Virus record (IMG/VR): IMGVR_UViG_3300032236_001232
Span: 32,001 to 96,000 of that record
Reading direction: 5' to 3' (one strand)
Source of the DNA: a virus
Length of the DNA: 64,000 bases
Part shown: positions 1 to 9,577 of the stretch, piece by piece
How positions within the stretch are numbered: the stretch's first letter is position 1
How the letters are laid out: each line of letters opens with the position of its first letter
Notes under the pieces: generated by a model
Databases searched by the model: none
What the model was told of the DNA's origin: nothing
The model's input: only the letters and a program-made list of their open reading frames with translations
Translations under genes and position numbers: made by a program

Positions 1-635
1 CTATCGGCGCTGGTTCCAGTTGCTACACTTGTACCATTTATGTATAATGTAAGTTGATTTGTACTCGTCCCTGATCTAACAACAGCGATATGATACCAGG
101 CACCGAGAGTCGGTGTCCATGTGTAGGCTATTTTAGAACTGCCGCCATTTGTGAAAATGTTTAAAACATCTGCATTCGAATCCCTACTAATTTCTATAGG
201 ACTCAACCCGCTTTGTCCCATTAAAATCATTCTTTGATTAGTACCAGACCACGCAGTCCAATTTGCCCAAAATTCTACAGTAAAATTGCTTGTGCCGACT
301 GCAAATACAGCATTATTTGATACAAGTAAATTATCAGCAGTTGTTGTTCCAAAATACCCACTCCAATATCCGCTAGGCCAATATGGAGTAAATGAACCTT
401 GTGTTGGAGTTCCGCTGCGAGTGATGGTGAAGTTGTTGGCACTAGAATCTAAAAACGTATTATTTGTAGCAGTATTGACACCAGTTGTTTTAGTTAATAA
501 TACATTATTTGCAAAGTTACTGTCAGTTACAGTGACCGCTGTACCTGAGGAAACAACCCCGGACTTTTGAATAGCTAACCCGTTGCCACGTACAACACCA
601 GTTCCAAACGTTCCTCTTCTATATGCCGCAACCAT
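1..635 (-). CDS. LamG/concanavalin-A-like lectin domain virion protein (partial; runs off the left edge, not in the ORF track)
   Basis: Manual translation from ATG at 635: MVAAYRRGTFG...TFLDSSANNFTITRSGTPTQGSFTPY...FTVEFWANW...WYHIAVVRSG...LTLYINGTSVATG. The frame is open to base 1, and FTVEFW/WYHIAVVR/LYING are LamG-3 motifs. Confidence 0.8.
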   Translation of the reverse strand, partial: MVAAYRRGTFGTGVVRGNGLAIQKSGVVSSGTAVTVTDSNFANNVLLTKTTGVNTATNNTFLDSSANNFTITRSGTPTQGSFTPYWPSGYWSGYFGTTTADNLLVSNNAVFAVGTSNFTVEFWANWTAWSGTNQRMILMGQSGLSPIEISRDSNADVLNIFTNGGSSKIAYTWTPTLGAWYHIAVVRSGTSTNQLTLYINGTSVATGTSAD

Positions 636-638
636 TTT

Positions 639-2870
639 TTATTTTAATCCAGCTAGTTTCAACATGCTCTCCATTTCTCCACGCTCACGAGCCTGATCAA
701 ATGAGTGATCCATATCGTCGGGAGCACTATCACCATGTCCTGGAGCATAATCATCAGCATATGGCTCTTCTGGTTCATACTCGCTTTGCATTTCCATGGC
801 TGTTTTTAATATTTCAGATCTGGTAGGATTTTTGCCAGAAAACGCAGGTGTCATGCCAACTAAATGTTTCCAACTGCTACCAAATTGGCGACGCATATCT
901 CCGGCATTGACCTTTTTGCTACGTAGAGCAGCAATCATTTCAGGTAGGTCATTTTGGAAATCAATATCTCTATCACTCATGGCACCTTCGTCCATTTCTG
1001 GTTCAGCTGGCATTCCACTGAGCTCGCGAATTCTAGCCAATCCATCTACATCATTTACCTTGCCGTGTTTTTTAGCCCAACGACGTGTGAGTTTTTCCAT
1101 AAACTGCTCGGCCATTTCACGAGCACGTTCGCCCATTTCCTCGCCGTATTTTTCAGAAATTTCTTTCTTAACTTCAGTGGCAATGTTCTCTGGATCTCTA
1201 AATGCGCCCACATCGGGATTGTCTTCATTAAAACGACTCTTAACGATTTCAGCAATCTTACGAACCATTCCCTCACGACCTTCTGCGGTCATTGTGCTGT
1301 TGGTCCACATACCTTCATCGTTCTCTGCTGACATGATGCCATGCACAGTAGCAGTACCACGACCTTCTGGTTGTGTCATTTCTGCTGTGGGCTGTTCAGT
1401 TCCTGGCGCAGGTGGTAATTCTGGTGCAGCAGGTGCCGGAGGTTGTTCAGTTCCAGCCGCTGCCACGGGTGCAGGCGACTCGCCTTCTGCATCTGTATAG
1501 TTAATGCCTAGTTTATCTAATAAGCTGGGTTGATTTTCTTTGGCCCAAGGAATGAATACATCTTCCATTGGATCTGCTTCGCTATCAATTCTTGCTTCAT
1601 CTTCAAAGTTTTGATTTAGTTCTTCGTCATCTAATCCTAATTCGCTAAAAAAGTTAATGGCTGTTTCACCATTAGGGCCTAATTGTAATGGTTCTGGTAA
1701 TTGTTCTAATGCCTGTTTAATTGCCGCAATTTGATCGTCAGTTAGTTCGCCACGTTCTGTAGCATCTGCCCAATCTTCAAATTCTTTGAATATGCTTTCT
1801 TTAACTTCTTTGTCATCTTCTTCATCTTCTGTATCATCTTCGCTGACTAGATCTTCTAATTCAATCTCATTAGTTTCTGCCATGATGCGATGTATTAGTG
1901 GAAAGTATTGTGTAAGTTCTTCTTGGAAATTTTTCTGTGTAAATTTGCTCTTGTATTCTTCCATAGTTACAGCATCTAGTTCTGTCATGCTGTCATCAAG
2001 TTGTTCTTGCTCGTTAAATTCTGCTAACCAATTTTCATAATATTGACGCTTGCCTATTGCAGCAATTTTCGCTTTTAGCTCTGTAAGTCGGCCTACGGCC
2101 CTGTCTGTTATTCCTGTGGCGTCATCATGCAGTGTTTGATGTTGAACTTTTCTTTGAAATTCGCCTAGTTGAGCAATTTCCTCACTCATTTTAATAATAG
2201 CACGGCCTGCGGGGTCATGTGGGATGCCACCGTGATCTACGTGTTGTGCCATGGCAAATGCGCCTGCTGGATGAATGAACGGATACTTAAAACGCTCACC
2301 ATCTCTATTTTGAATAAAAATTGCCTTGATGTTTTTACGTTGGCTACGACTACCAGCAAAATCTTCATCTACTGGTTTGTGATGTCTTACAATGACTTCA
2401 GTGCGTCCTTGGATAGCACGACTGGTTTTGCGCGAACTCTTATGGTTCCAACGGCTTTCATTTACGGTGTTCATAGGTTCTTCTTCCTTAGGGCCTTGGG
2501 TCGCAGCTAGATGCTGGAAATCATTTTTGTCAAGGTTGTTTTTGGCAATGTCTCTGGTATCAAATCTCAACAGTCTACGCATGGCAAAGAAACGCATTTC
2601 TTTTAAAAAATCATACCATGTTTGTTTAACAGGAGTATCTTGATTTTCTGTAATGCCTTGACTATAATAAACTTTGAGACTACCCAGATCATTTAGACTG
2701 ATACTAACACGACCTAGATTATTACCTTCGTGAATAAAATCAAAATCAAAGAAGCGAGCTTCGGCTGGATCGATGGTCACAGCGCCGGTTTCGTCGCCCA
2801 TTTCTAAATTACTAAAGCGACTACGCACTTTGTCAAAAACGTCTTGAGAAATTATCTGGATAGGTTTCAT
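639..2870 (-). CDS. Large acidic phage protein, possibly head-associated/internal
   Basis: 743-aa ORF with a very acidic C-terminal half and Pro/Ala linker; TAAATA motif 4 nt upstream of the ATG; lies directly downstream of the terminase. Confidence 0.6.
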   Translation of the reverse strand: MKPIQIISQDVFDKVRSRFSNLEMGDETGAVTIDPAEARFFDFDFIHEGNNLGRVSISLNDLGSLKVYYSQGITENQDTPVKQTWYDFLKEMRFFAMRRLLRFDTRDIAKNNLDKNDFQHLAATQGPKEEEPMNTVNESRWNHKSSRKTSRAIQGRTEVIVRHHKPVDEDFAGSRSQRKNIKAIFIQNRDGERFKYPFIHPAGAFAMAQHVDHGGIPHDPAGRAIIKMSEEIAQLGEFQRKVQHQTLHDDATGITDRAVGRLTELKAKIAAIGKRQYYENWLAEFNEQEQLDDSMTELDAVTMEEYKSKFTQKNFQEELTQYFPLIHRIMAETNEIELEDLVSEDDTEDEEDDKEVKESIFKEFEDWADATERGELTDDQIAAIKQALEQLPEPLQLGPNGETAINFFSELGLDDEELNQNFEDEARIDSEADPMEDVFIPWAKENQPSLLDKLGINYTDAEGESPAPVAAAGTEQPPAPAAPELPPAPGTEQPTAEMTQPEGRGTATVHGIMSAENDEGMWTNSTMTAEGREGMVRKIAEIVKSRFNEDNPDVGAFRDPENIATEVKKEISEKYGEEMGERAREMAEQFMEKLTRRWAKKHGKVNDVDGLARIRELSGMPAEPEMDEGAMSDRDIDFQNDLPEMIAALRSKKVNAGDMRRQFGSSWKHLVGMTPAFSGKNPTRSEILKTAMEMQSEYEPEEPYADDYAPGHGDSAPDDMDHSFDQARERGEMESMLKLAGLK

Positions 2871-2882
2871 CTTGTATTTATG

Positions 2883-3974
2883 TTAAAATGTATTTACATA
2901 GATGGGCATAGGCATAACCCATTCATCTTCGGATTCTTCTCTCATTTTATCATAGATACTGGGATCCCATTCCTGCAGAGTCATGGCCATTCTCACAGCC
3001 AATAACAAACTACTGACTAGATCATCATGGGTTCCAGATTTACCGGCAAAACTTATACCCTTAGCCACATAGGTTTTAAGTTCACTGATTAAGGGCTTGC
3101 TGTTTAATGTCATTCTATTGCTTTCAATTAAATGCTTTAATTTAGCACAGGCTGATATTTTACTAGTATGTGTAGTATTAAATCCTTTGCGGAATCTACG
3201 CACATGACCACGCTTAACTGGTTCACTGAGGAACAGTCCAGGGACACTTTCTTCGCCTATCTCTTCCATGGCTACCAGTGCTGCTTCACCTACGCTATTG
3301 TTTTCAATGCTGTAATATAAACTAGGAGTAACACCTTTCCTCGCACACTCGCTATTGATGTGATTACAAATATCTCTTAATATTCTCACCTGTCCCTGAA
3401 TAGGAGTAAGGTTATGATGCCACTCGGCTACTTGATCAAAACTGGGCAGTTCCATAATCTGTATAGCCGCAGGATCACCACCTGTTCCTAGACTGGGATC
3501 TAATGCCACTAGATAAGTGTGTTTAGGATTGATCTTTTTATACCAACGACATTGACCCATTTTCATTATGGGTTCCTTACCGTCTATACCGGCCAGTTTG
3601 AGACTGCTGATCAGGGTTTCATCAAAAACCAAAAATTCACAATTTTTAACAAGAATATCATTAGCATAAAATCTATGATTTTTTTCAACATTGAATAGAT
3701 CATATACTGGTTCTTTGTCAAACAATTTTACAGATACTACTTTTTCAATACCACTTGCAACTTGAATTCTTATACCGGGAAACAATTTTTGTGCTTCAAT
3801 TGGGCAGAATTTATTATCAAAAAAGTTGTGGTCAGGAGTGCAGGTTATTTCTCTGGTTTCTGTTTTTACCTTCAGTGTTTTTTGTAGGCCTTTATCCAAT
3901 AGCCCCTCAAAATTACTCCATCCGGTGTCGGTGAGGACTTGTAATCCTAATTTATTTTTTAGCAATTCTTCCAC
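2883..3974 (-). CDS. terL: Split-intein C-fragment fused to the terminase large subunit C-terminal (RNase H-like nuclease) domain
   Basis: Probable GTG start at 3974, with AAGGA 8 nt upstream. Intein motifs TCTPDH (block B), VYDL (block F) and VKN|C, then CEFLVFDETLI, the nuclease motif LVALDPSLGTGGD, IENN and HDDLV. Confidence 0.9.
   Translation of the reverse strand: MEELLKNKLGLQVLTDTGWSNFEGLLDKGLQKTLKVKTETREITCTPDHNFFDNKFCPIEAQKLFPGIRIQVASGIEKVVSVKLFDKEPVYDLFNVEKNHRFYANDILVKNCEFLVFDETLISSLKLAGIDGKEPIMKMGQCRWYKKINPKHTYLVALDPSLGTGGDPAAIQIMELPSFDQVAEWHHNLTPIQGQVRILRDICNHINSECARKGVTPSLYYSIENNSVGEAALVAMEEIGEESVPGLFLSEPVKRGHVRRFRKGFNTTHTSKISACAKLKHLIESNRMTLNSKPLISELKTYVAKGISFAGKSGTHDDLVSSLLLAVRMAMTLQEWDPSIYDKMREESEDEWVMPMPIYVNTF
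3642..3974 (-). other. Intein C-fragment (IntC, about 111 aa)
   Basis: LQVLTDTGWSNFEG...ITCTPDH...PVYDLFNVEKNHRFYANDILVKN followed by Cys+1. Confidence 0.9.
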
Positions 3975-4635
3975 GACTAAATCCTTCAGGTTGATTACCT
4001 TCTTTAAATTGACGGGCCACCTCGCCATTGTTATACCACAGCATTCCTCGTTTTGCAGGCAATAATCGAGGCAACCTACCTTTAACATATCCATCTGGAC
4101 AATTTAGAGCATATGTTTCTACTACTCCGTTATTGAACCAGGTTTTTCCTTTGGCAGATCCTACTGTGCCTTTTTTAGCATCACTTATTTTTTTATTTCT
4201 TGCAGGATCTTTAGTATAATCATAATATCCGTCGGCAGATCTAATCTTAATTTGTTTTTCTCTTTCTTCTTCAGACCACCCTGTGCCTTTCTTTCGTCCG
4301 CCAATACCCGGTCTTTTTACACCCCTATTAGCGGCAGGTTTTCCATACATAGGATTTTTATCTCCTAAACGCATTTTAGATAGTTTCTCCTTGGCCTCTG
4401 TAGTATGTTTATAGCCACCGGGATTAGAATTTTTTAATATTTCATAAATTCTTTCTTCGTCTTTCATAATGCCAGATAAACTCAACCATGCTACTCTGTC
4501 CTGCCATCGGCCGTATTTTTCATATAGTTCTTTATGAGCAATGGCATGCTCCTCTATACTTAATTCAACCAAATTTGAAGGTTCATCGGAGCCTCCTGCG
4601 TGTCGAGGTATTATATGATGCTTATGTATTTTCAT
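3952..4635 (-). CDS. Free-standing HNH homing endonuclease with NUMOD3-type DNA-binding repeats
   Basis: HKHHIIPRHAGGSDEPSNLVELSIEEHAIAH (HNH motif); HTTEAKEKLS/GDKNPMYGK (NUMOD3); repeated WFNNG/WYNNG motifs. Probable start is the ATG at 4635, just after its own TAAATA. Confidence 0.9.
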   Translation of the reverse strand: MKIHKHHIIPRHAGGSDEPSNLVELSIEEHAIAHKELYEKYGRWQDRVAWLSLSGIMKDEERIYEILKNSNPGGYKHTTEAKEKLSKMRLGDKNPMYGKPAANRGVKRPGIGGRKKGTGWSEEEREKQIKIRSADGYYDYTKDPARNKKISDAKKGTVGSAKGKTWFNNGVVETYALNCPDGYVKGRLPRLLPAKRGMLWYNNGEVARQFKEGNQPEGFSRGRIAKK

Positions 4636-4661
4636 AATATTATTTATCATTTCGTCAAATA

Positions 4662-5588
4662 TTATGAACTCATCAACAATTGTTTTAAATCTATAATCGA
4701 TATTTGTTCTATTTTTCCATTTGGCCATTTAACAGATATGATAGAATTTCCAGTAATACATTCGTGCTCTCGCCTAAATCGTTCTTCACCAATACGACTG
4801 CGTTCAACTTCGGCCCATTCTTCGTTTCGTTCAGGATGTTCGCTCCAATGTGCTTTGAATGGGAAGAATCCATTCTTACCTGTTTCTGTAGTATTTCCAT
4901 GTTCGTCAAATCGTTTATTGGCTTCGTGCCAGATCTGCGCAAACTGGTCTTCATCACTGTTAGGGGTTGATGTAATAATGGCCTTACCACCAGTGGCCAG
5001 TGTAGGACTAATGGAGGTCCAGAATTCACTGGCAATGTTAGGCGGCACGAACGCAAACTCGTCTGCGTATAGTAGTGATAAACTCATACCCCGGCCAGTT
5101 GTTTCTGTAGTAGTCTGTGCTACAATACGACTGCCGTTATCAAACTCAATACTTTGTTTATTATAACTGGTGCAACCTGCACGAATATGATCAGGACATA
5201 ATTCATAAGCATAACGAACACGCAACATAATCTCTTGAGCACCTGTGTGTTTGTGTGCTGCTACCAGTATGGTGCTGTTATCTACAAACATAGCATACCA
5301 CAGTAGATAACCGGCTGCTGTTGTAGTTTTACCTGTTTGTCTTGGTAGTAGATTTACATTAAATCTATGATCGTGATAACTGTCAATCAGTCTGCGTTGA
5401 TAATCAAATGCTTCGTATTTTAGTTTACCCTTCACCGGATGCTGAATGAAGAAAAAATTGTCTAAGAAGTAATGCGGCCCGTTGACAGGGTCCTTACACT
5501 TCGCCAGTTCTTCAATCATCTGTTCAGTGTATTGAATCTGACTGTGTGGTGTTTTAACCAGTTTATATTCGTTTTCTTTCTTGGCCAT
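4662..5588 (-). CDS. terL: Terminase large subunit N-terminal ATPase domain (T4 gp17-like) fused to a split-intein N-fragment
   Basis: Adenine-binding motif YQ; Walker A PRQTGKTT; Walker B LLYADEFAF; coupling motif ITSTPN; ends RFRREHE|CITGNSIISV... Confidence 0.93.
   Translation of the reverse strand: MAKKENEYKLVKTPHSQIQYTEQMIEELAKCKDPVNGPHYFLDNFFFIQHPVKGKLKYEAFDYQRRLIDSYHDHRFNVNLLPRQTGKTTTAAGYLLWYAMFVDNSTILVAAHKHTGAQEIMLRVRYAYELCPDHIRAGCTSYNKQSIEFDNGSRIVAQTTTETTGRGMSLSLLYADEFAFVPPNIASEFWTSISPTLATGGKAIITSTPNSDEDQFAQIWHEANKRFDEHGNTTETGKNGFFPFKAHWSEHPERNEEWAEVERSRIGEERFRREHECITGNSIISVKWPNGKIEQISIIDLKQLLMSS
4665..4760 (-). other. Intein N-fragment (IntN, 32 aa)
   Basis: CITGNSIISVKWPNGKIEQISIIDLKQLLMSS*, i.e. 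intein block A (C1...I.I.DL) ending at a stop codon. Confidence 0.88.
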
Positions 5589-5604
5589 AATTTTATTTAC
5601 ATAA

Positions 5605-5628
5605 AAAAAGCCTCCGAAGAGGCTTTTT
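5605..5628 (-). terminator. Rho-independent terminator (probably bidirectional)
   Basis: AAAAAGCCTC-TTCG-GAGGCTTTTTTT on the minus strand, downstream of the 5648..6502 gene. Confidence 0.85.
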
Positions 5629-5647
5629 GGTTAAGTTGGGTTAACTG

Positions 5648-6502
5648 TTAACGAGTCTCAGTCACGAACTGTTTCCAGTCTGCCATTAACTGCTCTTCCA
5701 TAGTGGCAAATGCTTTAGGCTTATCGCCGTCCATACGATCACCTTGACCAGGTTGATTCTCACGATGTGCGAATTCATTAGCATCAAAGGGTGCAGGTGG
5801 TTCTGGATCTGCTGGACTATTATCATACATGCCTTCGTCGGCTTCTTCCTCGTCGTCCATTTCCTCATCGCCCATGTCTGGATTCATTTTGTCCATTACA
5901 CTGCGCATCATTTCGCCGTTGCTATGATCGTGATCAAGATCCATAGAAGGTTCGGCAGTTAAAATTGCTGGTTCATGTTCTATGCCTAGATGTGCTGGTT
6001 CAACTTGATGAACACCGGCCAGTTTCATAATGTCTGCTAGCATACCACTGAGTTCAGGACCACTGTTGGCTGTCATGGAAATACTGGCAGGAGTATGTGT
6101 TTGTCCACCCATGCCCGGCATAGGCATCATGCCACATTCTGCTAGGTCTAAACTTTCACTTACGGCAGTTTGATCCATTGTATCGGCAGCAGCAGTCGGG
6201 GCCACAGCAGCAGGGGCAGCACTGGTTTTAAGATAGTTAGGATTCTTTTTTTCAAATTCTTCTGGACTTAGCACAGGAACAGGACGACCGGTAGCATCAA
6301 CCGGAGCACCTTTACCGTTGGCATCTCTCCACTGTTGGTCAGCAACTCGTTTGTTTAATTGCTGCTCATATGGTGTGCCACGATATTTCTGTTGCATAGC
6401 CTGCAATTGTTGTAAGGCAGGACTAGCCTGGCCTTCGCGAATTATATTGGGATTGCCGGCGTCTAATTCGGCCAATCTTTTCATTAGATCGATCATCTGC
6501 AT
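5648..6502 (-). CDS. Acidic low-complexity protein, possibly scaffold/internal head protein
   Basis: 284 aa, rich in Met, Asp, Glu and Pro, with several [ILV]-x-E sites; lies in the head/packaging module. Confidence 0.5.
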   Translation of the reverse strand: MQMIDLMKRLAELDAGNPNIIREGQASPALQQLQAMQQKYRGTPYEQQLNKRVADQQWRDANGKGAPVDATGRPVPVLSPEEFEKKNPNYLKTSAAPAAVAPTAAADTMDQTAVSESLDLAECGMMPMPGMGGQTHTPASISMTANSGPELSGMLADIMKLAGVHQVEPAHLGIEHEPAILTAEPSMDLDHDHSNGEMMRSVMDKMNPDMGDEEMDDEEEADEGMYDNSPADPEPPAPFDANEFAHRENQPGQGDRMDGDKPKAFATMEEQLMADWKQFVTETR

Positions 6503-6506
6503 AATT

Positions 6507-7094
6507 TTATTTCCTTGGATCGGGAGCAGTTTTTAAAATACTGGCCGTGTTGCCTTCGCTATCGGTGCTGTATTTAACAGTGCTTTCTGTAGGGATCTGT
6601 TCACCTCTAGCCTTACGCTCTAGTTTTAGTAGATCATTTAACTCTTTAACAAAACCACTGTTATATTTGTCGCCATAATAATCTTCAAACTGAGGACTTC
6701 CTGCTTCTTTATAATCGGGATCATTTAGTAGCGCACCCTCACGCTGCTCAACTGGTTCCTGGTATTCTTCACTGGGCTCACCTGGACGACGCACAACCAA
6801 ACGCTGTTTACCACATCCAAGTTCTGCACTGAGATATTCAGTCAGTTCATATTGTGTTGTAGGATAGTCCAGTGTAACTTCGTAGATATTAACCTCAGCA
6901 TTTTTAACATGAGGAAAATCTAGTGGTAACTCTTGAATAGGTGTTTTAGCAGTTTTCTTGAAACCACTGAGCGTATATCTACCCAATAGTGACTTCAGTT
7001 GATCTTCTTGGTCAGGGGTGATATCACCGGCGATTTTAACACGAAAATCGTATTGTTTTTTACTTTCAGAAAGGTAGGCTTTGAATGATTTCAT
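6507..7094 (-). CDS. Hypothetical phage protein (head module)
   Basis: 195-aa ORF with an N-terminal MKSFKAYLSES motif resembling T4-like capsid-targeting leaders; TAAATA upstream. Confidence 0.55.
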   Translation of the reverse strand: MKSFKAYLSESKKQYDFRVKIAGDITPDQEDQLKSLLGRYTLSGFKKTAKTPIQELPLDFPHVKNAEVNIYEVTLDYPTTQYELTEYLSAELGCGKQRLVVRRPGEPSEEYQEPVEQREGALLNDPDYKEAGSPQFEDYYGDKYNSGFVKELNDLLKLERKARGEQIPTESTVKYSTDSEGNTASILKTAPDPRK

Positions 7095-7101
7095 AGTGTA
7101 G

Positions 7102-7581
7102 TTATTTATTAAGATTCTTAAGTTTTTCTAAGATGCTATTGCGATCGGTTAAAATATAGCCCTCGCCCTCTACAGTAGCACTCTCTCCACCGTGTTTTTT
7201 CTCTATGGCTAACTTCTTCAACTGCAGATCTACCATCTTTAGTTTTTTATCAATCTTGTTAGTCTTGGCTGTGATGGCAGCATTCATCATTTGTGCTGCT
7301 ACTTCAAACATACGAGCACCAAACCGTGGATCTACATTCATTCCTAGATCCATTAGATCGTCATAGGCCTGTTCTGCCTTATTTGCCAATGCGTCTAATT
7401 CGGCATCACTGACATCACCTAGCCCCTTTACTCTGGGCAATGCGGCGGCAATTTTATCAAATTCTTCTAAGCGATCTTCCAAACTGATCACAGGGGTTGG
7501 GACAGGTTTAACATCCTTAGGATCCATATAAGGAGTATTATCAGGTTCGATGTTCAAAATTTCTTCTAATCTTTTAGTCAT
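7102..7581 (-). CDS. Putative terminase small subunit
   Basis: 159-aa helical protein with ARMFEVAAQMM, resembling the T4 gp16 PRxxEV helix; lies upstream of terL. Confidence 0.5.
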   Translation of the reverse strand: MTKRLEEILNIEPDNTPYMDPKDVKPVPTPVISLEDRLEEFDKIAAALPRVKGLGDVSDAELDALANKAEQAYDDLMDLGMNVDPRFGARMFEVAAQMMNAAITAKTNKIDKKLKMVDLQLKKLAIEKKHGGESATVEGEGYILTDRNSILEKLKNLNK

Positions 7582-7589
7582 AATTTTAA

Positions 7590-8036
7590 TTATCTCTTTT
7601 TATTTGGGTTCCCAACAAAAAGGTCGTGCTCATTAATTACCCTAAATTTAATACCCTGCTGTTTACAGAATTGAGTAGCAGCAGCCCACTTGGCTTGATT
7701 TTTAACAAACTGTGCTTGGTTATAGGGATTTTTTCCTACACGTTCTTTTATCATTTGATTAGCTGGTTTAATCTCTACCATTTCCACATGTTTTGTTTGA
7801 TTACGATCTATGTAGGATATTAGAAAGTCTGGAACATAAACAGTTTGTTTACCAGTTAGTGGGTCACGATAGGGTATTTTTACTGGTTCACTGGACCATT
7901 GTTGAACTGCAGGATTGTTGTCGCAGAACATGCAGAAGGTGGTTTCCCAACTGCTGCGACAGTATGGCAGTTTAGACCCAACATATTTTTCAGGATTCTT
8001 GGGTGTAAATATGCCTTGAGCAAATTTTAAACTCAT
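7590..8036 (-). CDS. Head completion nuclease (T4 gp4-like, TnsA-type PD-(D/E)xK)
   Basis: RSSWE..FC.FCD.NP...W.SE...IPY...YVPDF...EIKP...NQAKWAAA. Confidence 0.85.
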   Translation of the reverse strand: MSLKFAQGIFTPKNPEKYVGSKLPYCRSSWETTFCMFCDNNPAVQQWSSEPVKIPYRDPLTGKQTVYVPDFLISYIDRNQTKHVEMVEIKPANQMIKERVGKNPYNQAQFVKNQAKWAAATQFCKQQGIKFRVINEHDLFVGNPNKKR

Positions 8037-8407
8037 GGTAGGATATTTCTTGCTACCTCAAAGTTGGGTTCAAACGCTAAACCATATCCTAAAAAACTCG
8101 TCTTTATTCTGTTGTTATTAACTATCTCTGATACTAGCGCACTGATTTCGACGTTGTCTAATCCTTTTAGAGTATCTAATATTTCCATAGGATTATAGCC
8201 GTCTTTTTTTGCTTGTTTAATTATAACAACAACTACAGATTCAGCAGCACTGGGTTCAAATCCCCTGCCGGTGAAGAATGATTTCATTGCTTCAAATGTG
8301 TTGTTATCTAGTTCAAGGGGTTTTTCGTAGTAGGTATCAAAAGCCAGAACAGTGGAGTTTTGATTGGCGGTAGACTTTAAGGGAAGATTGCTATAGATAT
8401 TTGACAT
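8033..8407 (-). CDS. Hypothetical protein
   Basis: 124-aa ORF tightly coupled to its neighbours. Confidence 0.6.
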   Translation of the reverse strand: MSNIYSNLPLKSTANQNSTVLAFDTYYEKPLELDNNTFEAMKSFFTGRGFEPSAAESVVVVIIKQAKKDGYNPMEILDTLKGLDNVEISALVSEIVNNNRIKTSFLGYGLAFEPNFEVARNILP

Positions 8408-8410
8408 ATT

Positions 8411-9511
8411 TTATGTTCTTGGAAATGTTACAGCTCGTGCCTTGGTAAAAACTTCTTGTACTGTTGTCCCAGCAATGGTTAACCCAGTATTGATATCGTT
8501 TTTTACACTACCGGGTTGATTACCCGATGATGATATATTACTCAGCGCCCCGGATAATATACTGTAGCCTTCTTGTCTTAGACCGGCTTTGTTAAACTGA
8601 CTAACACTTTTTACCAGATCCTTAGTCTGTAGTGCTACACCTAAATAATCTAATGGAGTTTTGGCATTGGCCAGTGTCCCATCTTCGCCAAAAATAGAAT
8701 CTGCTCCAGCAATGGCTCCTAATACACCGCCGCCGGTTCTTAATGGACTAGGGGCATTGTCGTAATAAACAGCAGAAAATTTTCCAGAAGCATCATTTTT
8801 CTTTATTTTGCCTTGCCTGTATACAACAGCTTCATATGCCAAATTCATTTTATTGGTAAGTATTTTACCAGATTCTTCTTGACTTAAACTGTCGTGTGTC
8901 CAGTCGGATATTTTTGGATTGAGTAATGTAAACTGTGTAAATCTTTTTTTATGTAATACAAAAATATCTATACTATCAAAAAAGTTTTTATTTTGAAAAT
9001 TATCCAATCCGTATGCATAATCAGTGATGCCATATTTTGTATCAGAAAATTCTAATACCGTTCCATCTGCTGCTCGTGCTTGTCCATACTTGCCATCGAA
9101 GTAGTAATAGTTATAATAGTTCTTCCAGAGATTTGTAGTTGCATCGCCGTTATCGTCATGGAAATCAATACTAACTTCGCTATATGTCATCTTGGTTTGA
9201 ACAACTGTTTTTCTGTTATACTGATTAAGTGTTTCAGTATTGATCTTAAATTTAGGGAGATCAACTCTTTTAGCTAGAAATCCAATGTCGTTAAGACCTC
9301 TTGTTATATATGTAGGATCTAATTTATTAATAATATCTTTATTAACATTAAAATTTACAAAATATAAGAATCCTACCTTAGGGGACCGATCGTAATTATT
9401 TTGAACATATAAACGATTAGCATGTTGGTAGTCTCTAAGATCACCATCATACCCGCCGCCGAGGATTCCGGTTGCTACATTACCGAGAAAATTTGTAAAT
9501 GCGTTACTCAT
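8411..9511 (-). CDS. Tail-tube-like baseplate/tube initiator protein
   Basis: Tube-fold-like motifs (AKRVDLPKF...NQYNRK...FHDD...LAYE); adjacent to the tail tube gene. Confidence 0.6.
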   Translation of the reverse strand: MSNAFTNFLGNVATGILGGGYDGDLRDYQHANRLYVQNNYDRSPKVGFLYFVNFNVNKDIINKLDPTYITRGLNDIGFLAKRVDLPKFKINTETLNQYNRKTVVQTKMTYSEVSIDFHDDNGDATTNLWKNYYNYYYFDGKYGQARAADGTVLEFSDTKYGITDYAYGLDNFQNKNFFDSIDIFVLHKKRFTQFTLLNPKISDWTHDSLSQEESGKILTNKMNLAYEAVVYRQGKIKKNDASGKFSAVYYDNAPSPLRTGGGVLGAIAGADSIFGEDGTLANAKTPLDYLGVALQTKDLVKSVSQFNKAGLRQEGYSILSGALSNISSSGNQPGSVKNDINTGLTIAGTTVQEVFTKARAVTFPRT

Positions 9512-9530
9512 GCTAATATTTAGCCAAATA

Positions 9531-9557
9531 AAAAGGCCTGGTTTTTAAGCCAGGCCT
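9531..9557 (-). terminator. Rho-independent terminator after the tail tube gene
   Basis: AGGCCTGG-CTTAAAAA-CCAGGCCT followed by TTTT on the minus strand. Confidence 0.75.
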
Positions 9558-9577
9558 GGGTTGATAAAAGCGGTTTA

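Noticed and set aside
796-1500. 234-aa plus-strand ORF and similar antisense ORFs within large minus-strand genes
   Set aside because: They lie wholly antisense to well-supported genes and carry no recognisable motifs.
3975-4094. Upstream extensions of ORF-track calls (2883..4094, 3952..4728, 14352..15248, 15111..15872, 18926..19420)
   Set aside because: These extensions overlap neighbouring genes; downstream starts fit the Shine-Dalgarno/TAAATA positions and domain boundaries better.
3952-4661. Group I intron interrupting terL
   Set aside because: The insert is almost entirely the HNH ORF, leaving no room for a ribozyme core; the flanking intein halves explain the break.
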